DNA from: Enoplolaimus lenunculus
Taxonomy: Eukaryota
DNA length: 64,000 nt
Assembly: GCA_030248215.1 (NCBI GenBank)
Contig: JASANG010000266.1
Location: 372,001-436,000 of the forward strand
Direction: 5' to 3'
Under the pieces are notes generated by a model. It made no database searches. It was not told the DNA's origin and worked only from the letters and a program-made list of their open reading frames with translations. Both the position numbers and the translations under genes were made by a program. This document shows positions 38,986 through 51,080 of the stretch, in pieces (the first letter of the stretch is position 1; each line of letters starts with the position of its first letter).

Positions 38986-40720
38986 TTAAGCGAAAAATTT
39001 TCAGTTTACCATCTATAATGCCTTTATAAAACTGTGCAATTTCTTTCGTTCAAAACGCGGGCAGTTGAAAGTTTTTTAACAAAAGGATGCGGAATGGATC
39101 GAAAAATCCATCTTAATCACAATGTGTGGCCCGAGTGTAATGCCCCCCGTGTGGACGCCCTTGCAACAATATGTTTTTTTGGGAAAGAAGAAAATTATGC
39201 TACATATTTTCACAGAAATCCAGAAAACTGGACAGCAATATTTTTATTAAGATTGATTTTATCAGGGGGCTGCAGCCGCTCTCATCTCCGCACGTGGAAG
39301 GATCGTAAGCAGGATGTGGCTACCGCCCACCAAGCCTCCCGCACTAGGCTATCTTGCTAACCAAACCACAAAAAACAACAAAGCTTATTCATGTTCACGT
39401 ATGCACAAACAGGAGTAGCAAATGCTGTTTTCCGGCCATATTGCTGTCCCGTGGGAAAACGGGACGCCCTGAAAGTAACATGGGCCACGGAAACGGATAT
39501 ACCCTGCAACACCTCGTCTCGCGATTTCACTTTCTGTACAGCAGTATATATTTAAGGTTTAAAGCAAGCGGCTGTCCAGAAAAATTGGACTAAACGATGA
39601 AGTTACTGACAGTTCATCAGCCGAAATTTTCAGTTTACTTTTGAGGTAATTTTAAAACAGAGTATCTCTTATGATGTTTGGCTAATTTTTGGTCCGCCCA
39701 CGAAGCGCTCTACCCCATGGGCGGTCAAAATCGACCAGCCCGGCCCAAGGGATCCCGGATTTTTATTTCCGCGTTGACCAAGGGTTTCCACCATGCTAGA
39801 ATTAAAAAGTACGTTTTCCATCGCATTCCTTTGAACCGTTCATGCCTTTATAGCCAACTTTGAAGCAAAATCACGGCCCTTGTATGTAGAGCAGATTCCT
39901 CTAGAATTTTGGCTTGGTCCCTCCCAGAATTTCCGTTTGATCCTTCCCAGAATTTCGGTTCAAAGCAGTTGCCTGTTATAAAAAAGTATTTCCTGCAGCA
40001 GGCGGGCCACCGGTTGTATTCGCACGGCGTACTTATATGTGCCTAAAATTTGCTTGGAGGATACCCTAGCCGCGGAACAGCTTTTTAGTTGGGATTAAGC
40101 AAAAGTTTAGGCTCGGATTTCGGTACGTTTGACGTTTTGGACCGTTTTTGCATTAAACCAGAGGAAATTTTGTTTTAGCGTGGTTTCATAGTATATTAAA
40201 ACAACGGTTCTTCAATTTAACGCAAAATACGATTCAAACCGAAACAAAACGTGTCAAACCGAAACGTAACCTTTACCTGACCCTAAAGCTCGTGTTTAAC
40301 GGGTTCGTCCAAAATATAAATTTGTCGGATAAAAAATACTATACAACTCCCAAATTTTCAAGGAAAAAATTGCAAAAAATCCAATATAACTATTTCCGGT
40401 TCAGGTATTTGCTTGAATCCGGATCAAAACGGCATTGCCCAAAATTGCAATTCTCTATGCTTAAAATTCAGATGGAAAAAGGTAGCGTGCAAAAACCAAG
40501 CGCTCAAAATGGTATTTCCTAACCAAAATAAAAATTTCTAACATTCCAAACGAAAAAGTTAACAATCAAAACCCAATTTACTGACACCTCGAGTGGAGAA
40601 GGTTTACAATTGCTGCGGCGTGATTGCAAATGCCTTCCACCCATGAGACCTATGCTCGAATCCTAGCGGAAAAATACGTGTAAGTTAAAATGGAATATAT
40701 TTATGCGAAAAAGGGTCAAA

Positions 40721-40893
40721 CAGTGGCGGATCCAGGATGTCAAAATGGGGGGGCCAAAATTTCACAGGTAATAAACTTACTTTTGACCCGCACACAAACC
40801 ACGAATTATTGTCATAAAATTGCTATATAATTTTTGTCGAGATGCTCTTGGGGGGGCCACGGCCGGGGTGGGCCCCCCATGGATCCGCCATTG
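40721..40893. mobile_element. hAT-like MITE
   Basis: CAGTGGCGGATCC ... GGATCCGCCATTG; TSD GGGTCAAA/GGGTCAAG. Confidence 0.87.
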
Positions 40894-41132
40894 GGGTCAA
40901 GTATTAAACATTTGTGCAATAGCTAACAAAAAATGATGTTTTCAAAGCACAAAAGCTTGTATTTTTGACCCGGTTGGCAATTACCAAGAACTACTAAAAT
41001 CAGATACAAAATTTGAAACATTAAATGTTTTGCATCAGCTCTGGTATTTTACACGAAAACTTTATATGAACTTAAATTATACAGCATTCCGATGTCAAAC
41101 TAATAGGCTGCGAAAACAAACATTATTGAGAA

Positions 41133-42233
41133 TAGAGTTGCAACATTTAAAAATAAAGTACCGCGACCCGGGATTTCACGAAGCCAAACCCAATACCAGA
41201 AATTTTTCAAAGTGCAAACCTGTACCAAAGTTATCAACGTCGAAAATTTAACTCAGAGTTTGCATAACATAAACCTTAACATGGTCCTAAATTTTATGGA
41301 ATACAACGCGTAAAATTTTTTAGGGCAAGCCTATCAACTAAATGGGGCAAGAGGCGTAACCACGACCTGAAAAACGAAGGTCCAAGACCTAAACAAAATA
41401 TATGCTACGTCTGAGTTCACAAATGGCAAATCCATAATTTTCTGTCGAGAGATACCTTATATACCTACACATTGAAGGTGGTTCCCACGTTCCTCAAGCT
41501 AGCCTCAAAGTCATTCACGAGTTTTTAACGGCCGGCCTGTCTGTAGTTTTGTCTGATCATTTAAAGAATAAACTGAAACAGGAAAATCTGTAAAAACCCA
41601 AAAAGTACAAGTCAACAGTTGTACCCGACCTTCCTCCACAGCGGTTACGAACGCCTATGCTGTAGCAGGAGCGGCGAAAACTCGGCTGGTCCTTGAGGAT
41701 GCAACGTCGTCAGATAAAGGCTTTTGCAACTAAACGTAGCAAGTGAAGAAAACTTCTGGCACATATGTATTGAAAAGCCTATATATCTCTGAAAGAAATA
41801 ATGAACGAAGCAGAACAGGCCAGCAAGAATCCAGACACAAATTTGGCGTACTTACGGAGCAAATTTTCAATATCGATTACCTCCGGTGAGCAGCGTCATC
41901 TAGATCTGCCCCTGTGCACCTAAAGATGACATAAAAAATTATACTTAGTTATTGTTTTAAGCATTATTGGTAGCACTGAGATCATACATATATGTATGTA
42001 TAATGTCTATTGAAACATGTATTTATCCGAGACGTTCGGCATTTAAGAACTAGCCGAATGAAACCACGCGAAAAAAGCGGACGAAAACCACCGCAATTTT
42101 GTGTTTAATTCCAGTACAAAATGTTTTCTCAATAACCGAACCCAGAATATTTTGTTGTAAAAACGCGAAACCGGAATTTTTTCGGTGAATACAGCCGGAA
42201 TAACAGGAATACCCGGACTCGGTTGCAACTCTA
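41133..42233. mobile_element. Non-autonomous hAT-like element (1.1 kb)
   Basis: TIR TAGAGTTGCAAC / GTTGCAACTCTA; TSD ATTGAGAA/ATTAAGAA; no intact ORF. Confidence 0.78.
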
Positions 42234-43959
42234 ATTAAGAAGCACTGATCGTTGACTGAATAGGCAGTACAGACTGGTTATTAGGAAATGTTCTATTTTC
42301 GCAGACATAATGAAAAAAGTTTACTGCAATGTTCCATACCTAACAATCTACAATGCTAAAATATCACAACATTTGCAGTTGCAGAAATTCTTAAAAACTT
42401 AGCGCTCTTTCTAAATGCTCAGGTTTATAAAAACTTAGCACTCTTTCTAAATGCTCAGGTTTATAAAAACTTCTATTCTCGTAACGATCATGCTGTCACA
42501 ACATATAACTGGTTCAAACAATTGAACATCATATAAATAACAATATATCTAATGATGCGAAGAAATGAGTACTGCTTGCAAATGCTATTGATAACCATCC
42601 TAATTTCTCATAAAAATTTGGATCAGTCAAGTTGTGTCATTTGTCGATCACATAAATTCCGTATAACGAAATCGCCAAAAATGACTCCAGGTTAATTCTA
42701 CTGCATCCAAAATCAAACTCACTGAATGCGGGATTTCGGTTCAAAAAGCGATGCAACCACAAGCTGTAAAACCCAAGATAATAATATTGCTCAGATTTTT
42801 ATCAATAAAATGTTTTCGTTTAGGTTTCCCAAACAATACACTGTCACTAAACCATGCACATTGATCATCCGTATAATTTACACAACTATTATTTTATTTT
42901 AATCCATGCACAATTTAGATACAAACGCAATATCAAGCAATACCTGAATAATATCCAACAATTTCTGTTAAGCTATATGTAATCAAAATTTTAATCTCAC
43001 GATGCTCAAATGAGTTACAGCGATGATTCATTCAACCGTTTGGATACTGTTACAGGAGGACCAAACAAATATAACCTCAGAATTTATTACGCTCCAACGA
43101 ACTAAAGCAAAAACAAATTACCGCACAACGGGCGTTGATTTCCTTACAATAGGAAAAAAGGTCTCTATGCCAATCGTCAAATGTTTCAGCAAACATTTAA
43201 AGCACATATCTTTGTTTGCTACGTGCTCTGTGTTTACTAGCGCACAAACTTCAGCGATAATAACATAGCACATGTCGGGGAAAGCTCTGAGTTTTCATTG
43301 ACAACCCGCAACACTTCCCTATACTACCTAACGTCTATAGGACGATTCCAACACCCAGTCGCACTCAGGTATAGACAAATATACAACCACTGCAGTAACA
43401 ACGGAACAGAAAGAACAGCGTCGAAAGCGCGCTGTTGTAGTAATTGTCAAATACGTACCACTCCAAGCGCAACAATAACGCACGACGGACGCATAGTTCC
43501 TTAACCGGTTATAAACGCTACATTCAATCACATAAGCAAAACGCAAGTTGTTTTTCAAGACAATTCATAGGTTTGCGTTGCGCACAATGGTAGACCGTCT
43601 TGATCCGTCCTAAAAACGGGACTGACTTACAAATAGTATTTTATAGACTTCTACGTTATATCTGTATGCAGATACAATTTTGCCATTCCTCCACTTAGCC
43701 ACTTCACTTGCAAATACAGCAACCTAGCCTGATGTGAATGATGCACAACTATGTAACACTGGTTTGTCAGGCCAATTCTAACAAACTCCTTACAGGCTTC
43801 TATTTTAGCGAATTGTGCTATATGTGTTCTTTCCACCGCCTATCAAACACTTTCTTTTCTAACAGCACCTAATAAACTGGGACCAGCCTACAGCCACCAC
43901 GTATTATCGATACATCTCTGTCCGGCAGCTATCCGAAATTACTCTCGACTTGGTATATT

Positions 43960-44759
43960 TTATCGACTTCTGCTATGCGAATTTCTCGTCGACCCCGATG
44001 AATAAGACGAACATGACGATGAGGTTGAGCTTGACGTTGAGGTTGTGCTATGTCGCCGGCGACGCCTTTGACTCTCGTGTCTGCGTCTCGCCGCTGGCGA
44101 TTGGTGCTTACGATTTCGACTACGTCGATACGAGCGATCATTGCAGTTATTATCATCATCGCTAACATGGCGGTGCTGATGGTCGTTACGTACGTTTCTT
44201 TCAATCTGTCCCCGATCGCGGCCAGAATTTGCCGCTGATGCTGCATCAGAACGCCGCAAACGTTCGCGCCTGCCGGCGCTACCACCGCCACCTCGATTTT
44301 TATCACGACTGATACGTCTTCCTGTCGCATTTGTTGCATCACCACGTTTCTCACCTGTTCTTCCAAACGCGGAGTCAGAAACTGCCGGATACCGCCTTCT
44401 CGAAGAACTATGATAGTCATTATTGGCTGCACTAGCGGAGCTGCTGTCATGATGATAGCGTCGTGATAAATGCCGCCGATCTGCGTCACCATCGCCAATA
44501 TCACCCCCACCACGACCTGTACAACTACTGCCGCTTAGATCATGTTCGTGGAGTCGATATCGCGACGCAAGTCGCCGGAAAAACGGATGTTCAAGCGCCG
44601 CCGCAGTTGTGATGCGCTCAGTTGGATCATATCGAAGCATTTGCTTGATCAAATCAAACAGTTCTACTTGTTCGTTTTCGCTTGGGTCGGGTATATGCCT
44701 ATGCAGAGGCTTACAGTTCTTGCGCACATAACGCCCTGATGATGAATCTTCTTCCCAAT
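43960..44759 (-). CDS. Clk: CLK/Doa kinase last coding exon (C-lobe end plus RS-rich tail)
   Basis: TTTACAG|AT; encodes DWEEDSSSGRYVRKNCKPL...LFDLIKQMLRYDPTERITTAAALEHPFF, then about 200 aa of R/S/D/H-rich sequence; stop ends at 43960. Confidence 0.94.
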
Positions 44760-44830
44760 CTGTAAAACAATCAGGCAGTAAGGTAACAATATTCAATTAT
44801 TAAAGCAGGAATTGTTGAGAATGCCAATAC

Positions 44831-45610
44831 TTTTTTGAGCGAAGCTCGGAGTTTCGCGAATCGTTTTATGTTTTGTACACTGGGGTCGAAAAGTGAATGT
44901 CCGTCTGTTCGTCCGAAAAGAATCTCAGGAACGGCTGAACCGATTTTAATAAACTTTTTTTGTTTGAAAGCCAATTATCCTGGGGTGTTAACCTCGCATT
45001 AGGGTTGTAAAATTTTAAGCCGTTTCTTAGCTACAGGCTAATTTGCATAATTAATTAAGCCTAAATTAGGATTTTCTACATTATTTCACTAATTACTACA
45101 GTTACAACCAATCTAATTTCAGCAATAAAGAGTTTTTAGGTGCGAGGAATCTAAAAAATAGACTAACTGATAGTTACCTAATAGATAAATTGCATATTAG
45201 CATACTTTATAAGCCTAAATTAGGACTTTTTACAATATTCCAGTAATTATTAAGGTTAAAAGCAATCTAATTTCAACACTAAAGGGTTTTTAAGTGCGAG
45301 GAATTTGAATAAATTGTTTACTAACCTCTAAAACCGATAATTAAGTAGTTACCTAATAGATAATTTGCATAAGCATATTGATATGATAACCTAGTTATTT
45401 GTTTTTTCAATATTTCACTAATTATTAGGGTTACAAGCAATCCAATTTCAGCAGTAATGGGGTTTCGGGTGCGAGGATTCTGAATAAGTTGTGCACAAAC
45501 CCTCAAAACCGATAATCGAATAGTTAGCTAATAACTAATTTGCATATTACCTTAATTGCTTACGTTTGTACGAGCTTCGCTCAATAAATGTAGTCCCACT
45601 ACAACTGGTT
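44831..45610 (+). mobile_element. Helentron/DINE-1-like non-autonomous element, copy 1 (last CLK intron)
   Basis: Subterminal inverted motif TTGAGCGAAGCTCG / CGAGCTTCGCTCAA, GTCY-type microsatellite, internal ~175-bp repeats, terminal hairpin GTAGTCCCACTAC. Confidence 0.75.
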
Positions 45611-45768
45611 AAATATATATACTATTGCAATATCCACTGACTCGGTTAAAAGCTAGACAACGTGGCCAAAACGCAATTCAAATAATATATAATTCGCGTA
45701 ATGCGTTTCGACTCGAACTCGAACTAAAAAACAACAGCGATCCTTCGGAAACCTTATTACATACTCAC

Positions 45769-45894
45769 CTAAACGACCATGTCGGAAGTAGTGTGTCTTA
45801 GATCGTCTAATCATACGAGATGGAACCGGGCCGAGAATACGTTGCATCATGGCCAAGTGCTCTCGATTATCATGCGTTTGAAACATTGTTATGC
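45769..45894 (-). CDS. Clk: CLK/Doa kinase coding exon 10 (LAMMER-motif exon, 126 nt)
   Basis: TTTTCAG|GC ... TAG|GTGAG, phase 1-1; encodes FQTHDNREHLAMMQRILGPVP. Confidence 0.96.
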
Positions 45895-46017
45895 CTGAAA
45901 AATATTGGAATACAACAAAATTGCTCAGGTTATTATTATCGACAGACTACTGAGGTATTGCAGCACTAACATGACAAACATGATCATCTGGTTTAGATGC
46001 GTTGCACAAAGCCACTG

Positions 46018-47870
46018 TTACCAGTCGTAGTGGGACTACATTTATTGAGCGAAGCTCGAACACACGTAAGCAATTAAGGTAATATGCAAATTAGTTATTA
46101 GCTAACTATTGATTTATCGGTTTTGGAGGTTTGTAAGCAATTTCCTCAGATTCCCCGAACGCAAAAACCTTTCACCACCCTAATAATTATTGGAATAATT
46201 CAAAAAGTCCTACTTTTGCCTCGTCAATTAAGCAAATATGCAAATTATCTATTAGCTAACTATTTGATAATCGCCTTTAAAGGTTTGTAGATAATTTATT
46301 CAGATTCCTAGCACCCGAAAACCCTTTAGTGCTGAAATTATATTGCTTTTAACCTTAATAATTATTGAAATAATTTAAAAAGTCCAAATTTTGCCTGGTC
46401 AACTAAGCTAATATGCAAATTAGCTATTAGCTAACTATTCAATTATCGGTTTTGGAGGTTTGTAAACAATTTATTCAAATTTCTCGCACCTAAAAACCCT
46501 TTAGTGCTGAAATTATATTGCTTTTAACCTTAATAATTAGTGAAATATTGTAAAAAGTCCTAATTTAGGCTTATAAACTATGCTAATATGCATATTATCT
46601 ATTAGCTAACTACTCAATTATTGGTTTTAGACGTTTGTAAACAAATTATTCAGATTCCTCGCACCTAAAACCCTTTAGTGCTGAAATTATATTGCTTTTA
46701 ACCTTAATAATTATAGAAATAATTTAAAAAGTCCTAATTTTGCCTCGGTCAATTAAGCTAATATTATGCCAATTAGCTATCAGCTAACTATTCAATTATC
46801 GGTTATGGAGGTTTGTAAACAATTTATTCAAATTCCTCGCCCCTAAAACCCTTTAGTGCTGAAATTATATTGCTTTTAACCTTAATAATTATTGAAATAA
46901 TTTAAAAAGTCCAAATTTTGCCTGGTCAACTAAGCTAATATGCAAATTAGCTATTAGCTAACTATTCAATTATCGGTTTTGGAGGTTTGTAAACAATTTA
47001 TTCAAATTTCTCGCACCTAAAAACCCTTTAGTGCTGAAATTATATTGCTTTTAACCTTAATAATTAGTGAAATATTGTAAAAAGTCCTAATTTAGGCTTA
47101 TAAACTATGCTAATATGCATATTATCTATTAGCTAACTACTCAATTATTGGTTTTAGACGTTTGTAAACAAATTATTCAGATTCCTCGCACCTAGTGCTG
47201 AAATTATATTGCTTTTAACCTTAATAATTATAGAAATAATTTAAAAAGTCCTAATTTTGCCTCGGTCAATTAAGCTAATATTATGCCAATTAGCTATCAG
47301 CTAACTATTCAATTATCGGTTATGGAGGTTTGTAAACAATTTATTCAAATTCCTCGCCCCTAAAACCCTTTAGTGCTGAAATTATATTGCTTTTAACCTT
47401 AATAATTAGTGAAATATTGTAAAAAGTCCAAATTTAGGCTTACATACTATGCTAATATGCAAATTATCTATTAGCTAACTGCTCAATTATCCGTTTTGGA
47501 GATTTGTAAACAATCTACGCAGATTCCTCCACCCAAAAACCCTTTAATGCTAAAATTAGATGGCTTCTAACTGTAATAATTAGTGAAATATTGTGGAAAG
47601 TCCTAATTTAGGCTTAATTAATTATGCATATTAGCCTGTAGCGTAGCTAATAAACGGCTTAAAATTTTCAAACCCCAATACGAGGTTAACACTCCAGTAT
47701 TATTGGCTTTCAAACAAAAAAAAGTTTATCAAAATCGGTTCAGCCGTTCCTGAGATTCTTTTCGGACGGACAGACGGACGGACGGACATCCACCTTTCGA
47801 CCCCCAAGTACAAACATAAAACGCTTCGCGAAACTCCGAGCTTCGCTCAGAGTTTCGCTTCGCTCAATAA
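46018..47870 (-). mobile_element. Helentron/DINE-1-like element, copy 2, with about 10 central ~175-bp tandem repeats
   Basis: Same ends as 44831-45610 in the opposite orientation. (GGAC/AGAC)n at 47763-47788. Repeated monomer AATATGCAAATTAGCTATTAGCTAACTATT...CCCTTTAGTGCTGAAATTATATTGC. Confidence 0.8.
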
Positions 47871-47893
47871 AGCTAAAACATAATAAAAGTTAC

Positions 47894-48089
47894 CTAAATA
47901 TAATTCAAAAACTATACAACCGATTGACCATACATCACAAGGCTGGGCCCATCCGAGCTCAAGGATGACTTCGGGTGCACGGTAATGGCGTGTCGATACG
48001 ATTGTGGAATGATGTTCGTGATCGAATGTCGCCGAGCCGAAATCAATCAAATTGATTGTTGAGTCCTTGACGATACGATATTCTTGACC
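47894..48089 (-). CDS. Clk: CLK/Doa kinase coding exon 9 (DFG, activation loop)
   Basis: CACAG|GGT ... TAG|GTAAC; encodes [45 protein letters not shown]. Confidence 0.97.
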
Positions 48090-48967
48090 CTGTGACAGCA
48101 ATTGAAAGTATACGATGGGAGCACTAGGGTTGTTCAAACAAAACTCAAGTTTCCTAAGCATGCAGAATTTTGTTGCTTTTGAACATAAAAAAGTATATAT
48201 TTAGAATTTCAGGGTTCATTAGGTTACCCTAGTTTAAAGGAACAAAACACAGAGCAAAATTATAACCTGAAAAATATCTGGTAATCATAGCAAATAACAA
48301 CCGACCAGCTAAGAAGTCAGATGATTTTTTATTTTGGCCGACTCACAATATACTGTAACAGCTTAGCATATATTTATTTTAAACCAAACGAGATAAACGA
48401 AAACGTTACAATATTGCTTTTTAAACAATATATTATTTTGGCATTATAGCAACAAGCATTGCACTTCACTCCTGGAACAATGACACCATTGAACTTTAAA
48501 ATAAACATAGACTTGAAGAATACTAACAGATATTGAAAATCGCGTGGAGTTCAAGATATTTAACTAGTTACAACATATCCCCATATGACTTTGGAAAACA
48601 AAAACGTTAATGCAACTTCCACAATATTATGCATTCATTAGATAGCTTTTGACGGGGCAGTATGATGTACGCTGAAGCTAAAAAGCTTCAGTACCCAGCT
48701 TTAAGCTTTTTGGTTTCAGTATCCCGGACACTGAATCCAAAAAAGCTTCAATATTCAGGACACCGATGCAAAAAGCTTCGGTATCCAAATACTTAAGCCA
48801 AAAAGTGTGAGTACTGAAGATTTTTGGCTTCAGTATTCCGGATACCGAAGCCAAAATATTTCAGTTTTCAGGAAATTGAAGCCAAAAAAGCTTCGGTGAC
48901 ACTGACAGTACACCCTACAAAAATTACCTGTTGCAATCATGATAATTGTGGAAATTGCATAAGTTAC

Positions 48968-49096
48968 CTTGCGAGTCATTGTATCATAATCGGAGTTGAC
49001 GAATAAAATATTCTCTGGTTTTAAGTCGGTATGCGTCAATTCTAATCCATGCATGTATTCCACAGCATAGCACAATTGATACGCCATATGGCGTAC
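48968..49096 (-). CDS. Clk: CLK/Doa kinase coding exon 8 (catalytic loop)
   Basis: TTTAG|GTA ... AAG|GTAAC; encodes [12 protein letters not shown]...[17 protein letters not shown]. Confidence 0.96.
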
Positions 49097-49613
49097 CTAA
49101 ATAAACCATTATACAATACAACATCTGTTGAATATGAAAGACTCAGTCAACAAAGCGTGAGCGGTACTCTGATACTTAACTGTTCTGAAAAGGAGCAAAA
49201 CGTTTAACTTTAATAACCAAGTAACAAATATATGTGGTGTAAACAAAACAATCAGAACAACACTTACGCCCGTACCAGAAATGGAAACTTATAACCAAAA
49301 CCAAACATAACAAATCTAACTAATTTTCTGCCTGAACCGGGCCTGCAGTTGTCCAATGGCAGCTTCTTAGTCCAGTAAAACTTATGTATTTGATAAAAAT
49401 TGCCTACCAGCTAGAATGACTAAAAAGTGTAGGTAAGCATGCACGAAAAAACTCGCTTATGCCACCCGATTAAGATGATTCCGTTAAACAGCAAAATCAT
49501 GATATAGCACCTGACGACTACCGAAACGAGCAATAAACGCCCGCAACGAGATACAAAGGTGCTTGATCGACACTGAATAAAGCAAAAGCCCCTAGCAAAG
49601 CACTAATTAAATG

Positions 49614-49926
49614 CAAGGTGCAACCGGAATTAGAAAATACCGGAACCGGAAACATAAAAAATTGTTTCCAAAAAAATTAGTTTTTTAAAGCTATTATACC
49701 GGTTTTATGGTGTAAACATACCGTTTACAAAGCTAGAATCCTGAAACAAATGCAGCAGCTGGAAAAGCACGATAAATTTTGGAGTTTGACTCAATTTGAA
49801 AATTTTCGCAATACACGCTTAGCAGTTTTAGGAATATCAATTAGAATAATATGCCAATTGTGAAAAAATACCCGATTTAATACCGAGACCGGATAGTGAA
49901 AAATACGGATTTCCAGTTGCGCCCTG
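49614..49926. mobile_element. hAT-like MITE adjacent to the CLK exon 7 splice donor
   Basis: CAAGGTGCAACCGG ... CCAGTTGCGCCCTG; TSD ATTAAATG/ATTACCTG. Family members at about 60678 and 61461. Confidence 0.72.
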
Positions 49927-49931
49927 ATTAC

Positions 49932-50178
49932 CTGATCAATAGGATATCCCTGATAGTCGTTTGCCTTGAGGAAATCAAATACACTTAGTCCCATTAAATC
50001 AAACACGAGGCACATATGTCCGTAATAATCGAATGAGTCCAGCATTGGAATGCACAACCGACGCCCCATCGGATCCATGGCCGACAGCTCAGACAACACA
50101 TTGATTTCAAGCTTCGCAGCTTCACGATACTTAGAAACATTCTTAATTATTTTAAGCGCAAACCGAGTTCGTAAATTT
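49932..50178 (-). CDS. Clk: CLK/Doa kinase coding exon 7
   Basis: TTTTAG|A ... CAG|GTAAT; encodes [23 protein letters not shown]...[23 protein letters not shown]. Confidence 0.95.
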
Positions 50179-50688
50179 CTAAAATTTCAAACAGTAATGA
50201 ATCACAAGAATCATGAAAAGTTAAACGAGTATTTCAACAACGTCATACAAAATACGTAAAATTTTAAGATGAAATAACATTCACTGATAGGAAACTGCAC
50301 ATAGCCGTTTGGCTTGATTCACAATAGGCTGCGCTGAGCTGGGACGTGCGGTCTCAGTAACGGTCTAGACAATATCCCAGTATTTGACTGCGGCTCGCCC
50401 GGTCTAGGTCTTGTTTTTCTGCGTCTTAGTAGGTTTCCAACAGAGAGCAAAAGAAAAACCAAGTTCCTCTTTTGAAAATAAATTCTTTTCAGTAGCATGG
50501 TTTTACTTGATATTGAATTGAAACCAACCAACTGAATTGCAATCAACACCAGATTTTATTAGGATGACACATCAAGCAAGGTCTAATTTTTTATCGCTGT
50601 TTTTTGTGTTGTAGTTCTGTGATTATTTTTCTTGTTCCATTATTCGTAACTGGTGAATAAGACAAAAAATTTCGCGGTGATTCTTTAG

Positions 50689-51080
50689 TAGGAATGCGTC
50701 GAAAACAAAATTTTTGCCGATGCCGATTCTTATTTTGAAAATATGCCGATGACGAACCGATGCCGATTCTAACTTTAGGACACCATGCTTAAAGAACTGA
50801 TAGAATTCTACATTACATCATTAGGTGAATACTTAAATCATAACGATCATAAACAACTAAAAATTTTATGAGAACACTTCATTTCGATTAATTTTTTCAA
50901 ACACAAAAGCAAGAGAGATAACATTTTTTCTGACAAACACACTGGCAAACGCCAACAAGTGAAATGAATAACATTCCAATTGACTGTTATGCGCAAAAAG
51001 TGTAGGCAAAGAATCAGCAATGTTTCAGCAGTACCGATGCCAATGCACACGAAAAGTGCCGATTAATCGGCACACCCCGA
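50689..51080. mobile_element. hAT-like MITE (TAGGGATG family)
   Basis: TSD TTCTTTAG/TTTTTTAG; inverted homology to 61663-61921. Confidence 0.72.

Noticed and set aside
43929..44513. 194-aa alternative-frame ORF (also antisense ORF 56483-57004)
   Set aside because: By-products of GC-richer RS-coding exons; no recognisable protein features.
50847..51050. Similar small ORFs at 50847-51050 and 61709-61939 suggesting a peptide family
   Set aside because: Both lie inside copies of the same hAT-like MITE; the similarity is at the repeat level.
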